Shown piece after piece: positions 58,581-64,000 of a DNA stretch of 64,000 nt. The stretch spans positions 28,396,001 to 28,460,000 of the forward strand of contig NC_043002.1 of the NCBI RefSeq assembly GCF_006345805.1. The letters are read 5' to 3'. The position numbers and the translations under genes were made by a program. Source of the stretch: Octopus sinensis. Taxonomy: Eukaryota. Every line of letters starts with the position of its first letter. The first letter of the stretch is position 1. The notes beneath the pieces are model-generated. The model made no database searches, was not told the DNA's origin, and saw nothing but the letters and a program-made list of their open reading frames with translations.

Positions 58581-58970
58581 GTAACAAACTTTCTGTTTGT
58601 CATTATTATAAGAAAGTTTGTTAGTAGCTGCACAAGATCAAGCATTAAGGACTAATTGGATGAAGACCAAAATAGACAAAAAGCAAGTAGATTCCCAATG
58701 TAAGTTATGCAAATGAAAAGAGGAAAGCGTTACTCATATAGTAAGTGAATGTAGCATGCTGGCACAGAACGAATACAAGATAAGACATGACAATTTTGGG
58801 AAAGTAATCCACTGGCAGTTATGTAGAAAGATAAGATTTGAACATACTAATGAGTGGTGTGAACATGAACCTAGTAAAGTACTAGAAAGTAAGAGATATA
58901 TGAGGTTGTGGGACTTTAACAATGAGACTGACAGAATAATAGAAGTTAGAATGCCTGGTTTGATATTGTA
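56910..58970 (+). mobile_element. Fragments of a third Dong/R4-type family
   Basis: 56910-57052 (MHGHF..DLKPKTEALICVAQ); 57400-58070 RT (SPLMF, HLLFMDDLKLFAK, GGRGL); 58200-58520 RLE end and 3' UTR ending in (TAA)n; 58610-58970 CCHC (CKLCK*KEESVTHIVSEC) and WDF. Confidence 0.85.
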
Positions 58971-59996
58971 ATGCCGACTTATTAGCCAGTGTAGATATTG
59001 GCCAACTCTGTCATGTCTTAATTTATACTCCACTGGTGCTAAGACTTTACATCCAGAGATTAGGTGGTCCACTGTTTCAATCATGTCGTTGCAGAATCGG
59101 CATTTTGGGTCTGCTCCATTTTTCATCACATTGGCCTGGTAGTTCCGGGTTAATAGGCTTTGATCTTGAGCAGCCAGGATGAAACCTTCGCTCTCAGCTT
59201 TTAGCCCTGAGCTCCGTAGCCACTGATGGGTTTGCTTCTGGTCAACATCAGCTTGTTTGCTGCGGGCCACATATTTGCCGTGCAGAGGTTTCTCCTCCCA
59301 CCTATCAGCCAATTGCTCGTGCGCTTTTTTCATTGCCATTATTTTCACCTTCTTTTCAACAATAGTTGCCATACTTCCCTCGGGTTGTTCAGTTTGGGTG
59401 TCCTGCACGAGATCAATAGCAAACTTTTTGCTTTCCTTTATGATAGAATGAAGCTTCTTTCGTCTCTCGTGATTTTCTACGAGCTTTAGCATCTAGTCAT
59501 TCGTTATTTCAAGATATTTGGCCAGTCCAATTGTGGTTGTTTTGTAAGCTAGTTCAAATTGGATCAGGCCTCGACCTCCTTGGGCTCTGGGAAGGTAAAG
59601 ACGATCTAAGTTTGCCTTTGGGTGGTGCACCCTATTACAACTCAGCAGCTTGCATATTTTCCTATCTATATTCTTTACTTCACTCATATTCCAGTTCAAC
59701 ACATTGTAGTTATAAGTAACAACTGGAATTGCTAAGGAATTTATAGCTAACACCTTGTTACGTGCATTTAGTTCAGATTTCAGGACTGCACGAACTCTCC
59801 TATAACATTCCTTCCTGATCTTCTCTTTCATGCTTGTATGCTGAATACCAGAGCCTTCATTTGTCCCTAAATATTTGTATGTTTGTTCTTGCTCAAGCTC
59901 TCTTATGACTGTGTCAACATCTAACACGACTGAATTTGTGGTCTTCACTTTCCCTTTCTGGAAAGTGGCCTTGGCACACTTCTCAAGCCCAAACTC

Positions 59997-59999
<3 letters not shown>
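58971..59999 (-). mobile_element. Dong/R4-type fragment (post-RT to CCHC), 5' end in (TAA)n
   Basis: ORFs 59493-59999 and 58734-59492: FGLEKCA, YKYLG, RLYLPRAQGGRGL, LHGKY, FILAAQDQSL, CRFCNDMIETVDHLISGC. Confidence 0.9.
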
Positions 60000-60033
<34 letters not shown>

Positions 60034-60047
60034 TATTATTATTATTA

Positions 60048-60222
60048 TGCGAGCTGGCAGAATCGGACAAAATGCTTAGCGGCTTTTCTTCCGACTTTAC
60101 GTTCTAAGTTCAAATCCGTTGAGGTTTACTTTGTCTTTGATCCTAGAACTAGCTGAGGAATGCGGTCGATATAATCGACTATCCCCTCTCCAAAAATTTG
60201 AGGCCTTGTACCTATAGCAGAA
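60048..60222 (+). mobile_element. Degenerate SINE family 1
   Basis: GCGAGCTGGCAGAATCGG..AAATGCTTAGCGG..AGTTCAAATCC. Confidence 0.7.
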
Positions 60223-61963
60223 ATAATTGTTGCTGTTATTGTTGTTATTGTTGTTGTACTTTCTGTAGTGGACAGAAGGGCTAGAAAATCGTTTAGGACA
60301 ATACACGTGTAAACAATAAAATAATTTCAATAAACTATGAAACTGATACCAACAAACATCCCTAATGGCAGGGTACACCACCCAGAGGCAACCGAGGAAT
60401 CTTACCGAACCTGAATCACCTGTGCTACCATGATGATAACGATGATGACTGACGATCATAACAATGATGATGATGATGATGATGATGGTGCTGGTGCTGG
60501 TGGTGTTGGTGCTGGTGCTGGTGCTGGTGATGATGATGATAACAATAATAATAATTATAATAATAATAATTAACGATGGTGTAGATTAAGTGTATACAGG
60601 TAGAGTGCAAGTTGAAATTGAAAACACTTGAAGGAAGCAAACAAAAAAATTTACAAACAACAAGAATCGTAGAAGAAACAACAAGAATCGTAGAAGAAAG
60701 AACAATTATCACTCGTCGTAGTACCTGAAAAGACAACTTACCAATTTCTAGCTTTAGGTGTTAAAACTAAACTCACGCTTTATTAAATTAAATAGAGGGT
60801 AGTGAGAGCAGAGGAGAGAAGAGAATAATAGGAGTTAACAAAATTAACCAAAAAAAAAACGTAATTATTGATACACTCAGCTAATAAATGAAATTTCGAT
60901 CTCTCAAGTCAGTACAATAGCTGAAAGAAAAAGTTCTGATTGTTTTAACTGCGGCTTTCTATACTCTTCAATAAATGAACGGCCGTTGAAAATGGGCCTT
61001 CAAGCCGTTTCTTTCTTTTTCTGCTATTTTTCTTTGTATGTATTTTTATAATTTTTGAAGTTTGTTTATTCCTCTCTTCATACATGCATCTATGTGTATC
61101 CGCGTGTAAGTACGCATGCGATAGTCTGTGTTTTTTCACTCTGTTCATAAATATACATATATGTGTTGTGTGTGTGTGTATGTATGTATGTATGTATGTA
61201 TGTATGTATTATTTTGTCTCTTTCTCTCTTTTAATTGCTAAGCAGTTAGTTTACGTAATGAATCTGGTCTAAAACAAATCGAAGCAATCCACTAGCTTGC
61301 AGAAAATTTCATTAGGCGTTTCCTAACACGCAAAAGGAAAACAAATTTATCTTTTAAATGAGTAGAAAGAGAAGAGAAAGATACAGATATTTCAATGAAA
61401 TAACTTGATTAGAACATAACAGAACCTTTTAAAAGTTTTCTAACCGAAAATTCTAACGATTATCGCCATCATCGCTGCAAACATTGCTATCGCTACCGAC
61501 ACAACCGCCGCCATTTTTCTTTATAAGGTATTCTTTGATTGGTGGCGATGGCAAACCCGTCTGGTTTCAATAAGAATAAGTCACTGATTCGTTTAATCAG
61601 CGATGGTAAAATTAAATAAATAAATAAATAAACAAATAAACAGAAGGTAAAAATACTAAATAAAATCGTTTGAAAAGTATAAGAAAAATTAGAAATTAGG
61701 AATTGTTGTTTTGTGTGGAAAAATCAAAAACCAAACGAAAAATTGAAAATGAAAGGAAACTTCAACGAATTCAATAATAACAATAATAATAGTAATGGTA
61801 ATAATAAAACAGAAAAAAAAACAACAAAATCTACCAGCGTCAACAACAACAACGACAGTTTTAGAAACTATATTAACAACGGTACCATGTAGAATAATGG
61901 TACTCAGAATAATACTAAGAATACTATTGATAACAAAAGATGAATTCTAAAGATAATAGTGGT

Positions 61964-62011
<48 letters not shown>

Positions 62012-62242
62012 AACAACAACAACAACAATAATGATAACAATAAGAAGAATAGCAATAACAATAATAGTTGCGCTTTTCGTACTGATAGAAGATTTAAAAA
62101 TTTAGGGAAAAAGAAATAGAGAAATAAAGATGTTACTGATTGTAGTATCAACCATTAAAAGTCATTCTAAACATTTGAAACAACCAACTAATAAGTTTTG
62201 AATTTACGAAAACTACACATACACACGTACGCACACATATAA

Positions 62243-62307
<65 letters not shown>

Positions 62308-62321
62308 CAGATAGATAGATT

Positions 62322-62610
62322 TCTTTACTACCCACAAGGGGCTAAACACAGAGGGGACAAACAAGGACAGACAAACGGATTAAATCGATTATATCGACCC
62401 CAGTGCATAACTGGTACTTAATTTATCGACCCCGAAAGGATGAAAGGCAAAGTCTACCTCGGCGGAATTTTCTTAGAGTACAACAGGGGTCGCCACCACA
62501 TCCTGCCGGAGCCTCATGGAGCTTTTAGGTGTTTTCGCTCAATAAACACTCACAACGCCCGGTCTGAGAATCGAAACCGCGATCCGCTGCCCTAACCACT
62601 GGGCCATTGC
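62322..62610 (-). mobile_element. SINE family 1 3' half (62322-62470) abutting a SINE family 3 5' half (62475-62610)
   Basis: Matches to 5957-6188 and 43239-43400 respectively. Confidence 0.82.
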
Positions 62611-62818
62611 AAGATAGATAGATAGATAGATAGATACATACATACATACATACATACATACATACATACATACATACATACATACGTAGGTACACAGATA
62701 GAAAGATAGGCAGGCTGACAGGCAGGCAGGCAGGCAGACAACCAAGCAGACAGGCAAGCAGACAGGCAGATAGACAGACAGATAGATAGATAGATAGATA
62801 GATATTTAGATAGATAGA

Positions 62819-63212
62819 TATGTTTCTTTATTAGCCACACAGGGCTGCACACAGACAGGACAAATTACAAGTAGAGCTTTTCTTTTGGGGGTAAAAAAAG
62901 GGGGTTTGGTTTTCGATCAAAAGGGATCGTAAAGGGAAAGAAAGAGGACAAAAAAAGGAGGGAATAAAATAAAAAAGTGGGGGAGGAAAAAAAAAGGAAA
63001 GGGATAAAAAATTGATCAATAGGGATCGTTATCACAGAAATGTCAATATCGACCCCGAAAGGATGTCCTCCTCTTTACACTTCAGTGTAAAGAGGAGGAC
63101 AGGTGAGGTTTACCCGTGGAAAGAAAAGCCTACGGAAAAGACCACGGTAACCTCGGTCAATGAAGTCACATGTTATATTTCTTTTTTTTTTTGCAAATAA
63201 GCAACTCTCTGT
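62819..63212 (-). mobile_element. Element X, third copy, with an internal fold-back
   Basis: Same two boundaries as 29493-29873; extra 17-bp hairpin at 63064-63101. Confidence 0.8.
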
Positions 63213-63485
63213 ATTAATTTTTACGGTTCATTGATAAAAAGAGAAACGAACAAGTAATCCGGCGAGAAAAGTTTTGAAAATAACCGTTAACAGATATGGA
63301 TGTATAAACGCCCTCGGGCAAGCTGTGTGGCACGAGTTCACACGCTCATACAAGCATCAGCAAAAATGTGAGCATACGCATACGCGAGGTTTGGTGCACT
63401 CATGATCATAAGGCGAGTTAGTTATTTACTTGTCTAGAAGAACGGGAAGATTAAAAGTAAACGCAAGCCGTCCATACCTTAAAGT

Positions 63486-63971
63486 ATATTCAATTTCATT
63501 AAGTTAACGGTTACTCAAAGTTCATTCTCACTGCATTGCGTAAAAGTACATTTATATGCGTGTAGGCATCTCGATAGTCGTTCAGAGATTCTTTTAAGTA
63601 TTTTCTCATTAGTCCACAGAAATACTCATGGTACAGCCAGCACGATAACAACACCGGTAAATGGAGTTGGGACTGCCTTATATACAAATAAACACGATAA
63701 ATGCTCCTGCAAAGATAAATCAAAATGTCCTTTGATGAATCTCTGTATGAGTACAAATCTTGTATATAACTGTACCATGCACACAAGGGGAGGGCCCTAT
63801 GTTTACATTGGGCAGACAGCTGATTCATTTAAGAATCGCTATCGTAACCATGTTGCCAGCTTTAAGTCAATCAATAACATACATTCAACATCTTTGGCAG
63901 ATTACATATGGCAACTGAAGGAGCGTAAAACGAAGTACAAGATTAACTGTATGCAAAACCATTCAATGTAA
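63486..63971 (+). pseudogene. GIY-YIG endonuclease region of a third Penelope-like lineage
   Basis: Frame read open from ~63486: ..DKCSCKDKSKCPLMNLCMSTNLVYNCT..YVYIGQTADSFKNRYRNHVASF..STSLADYIWQLKE (Cys linker, VY..YIG, R-Y-x-N-H). Continues off the window. Confidence 0.75.
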
Positions 63972-64000
63972 TTTCCAGGACATGCCGTCTCTACTCCGAA

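Overview
Eukaryotic, AT-rich DNA saturated with microsatellites, with one 100-N scaffold gap. The repeat complement (several tRNA-derived SINE families, Dong/R4 LINEs, Penelope-like elements) suggests an octopus or other coleoid cephalopod; this is an inference from repeat types only. No complete host gene is visible: only one plausible 89-nt coding exon (40429-40517) and a 15-nt microexon candidate (51930-51944). Most entries in the ORF track are translations of microsatellites. Recognisable elements: a near-full-length degenerate Penelope-like element (PLE; RT + GIY-YIG) with an inverted 5' pLTR, two further GIY-YIG fragments, a near-full-length Dong/R4 LINE plus several fragments whose preserved 3' ends run into (TAA)n, an RTE fragment, a hAT Charlie/SPIN-type transposon half, Tc1/mariner derivatives, two non-autonomous Helitrons and many SINE pieces. 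The main unexplained signal is about 15 hammerhead-ribozyme (HHR) motifs from roughly 9 unrelated repeat families, all parsed by eye. They include a U3-A8 core variant with covarying helix I in three copies, an extended HHR present twice in a ~255-bp inverted repeat, and a short element fusing a Pol III tRNA-like head to an HHR-bearing tail. None has been tested for cleavage.
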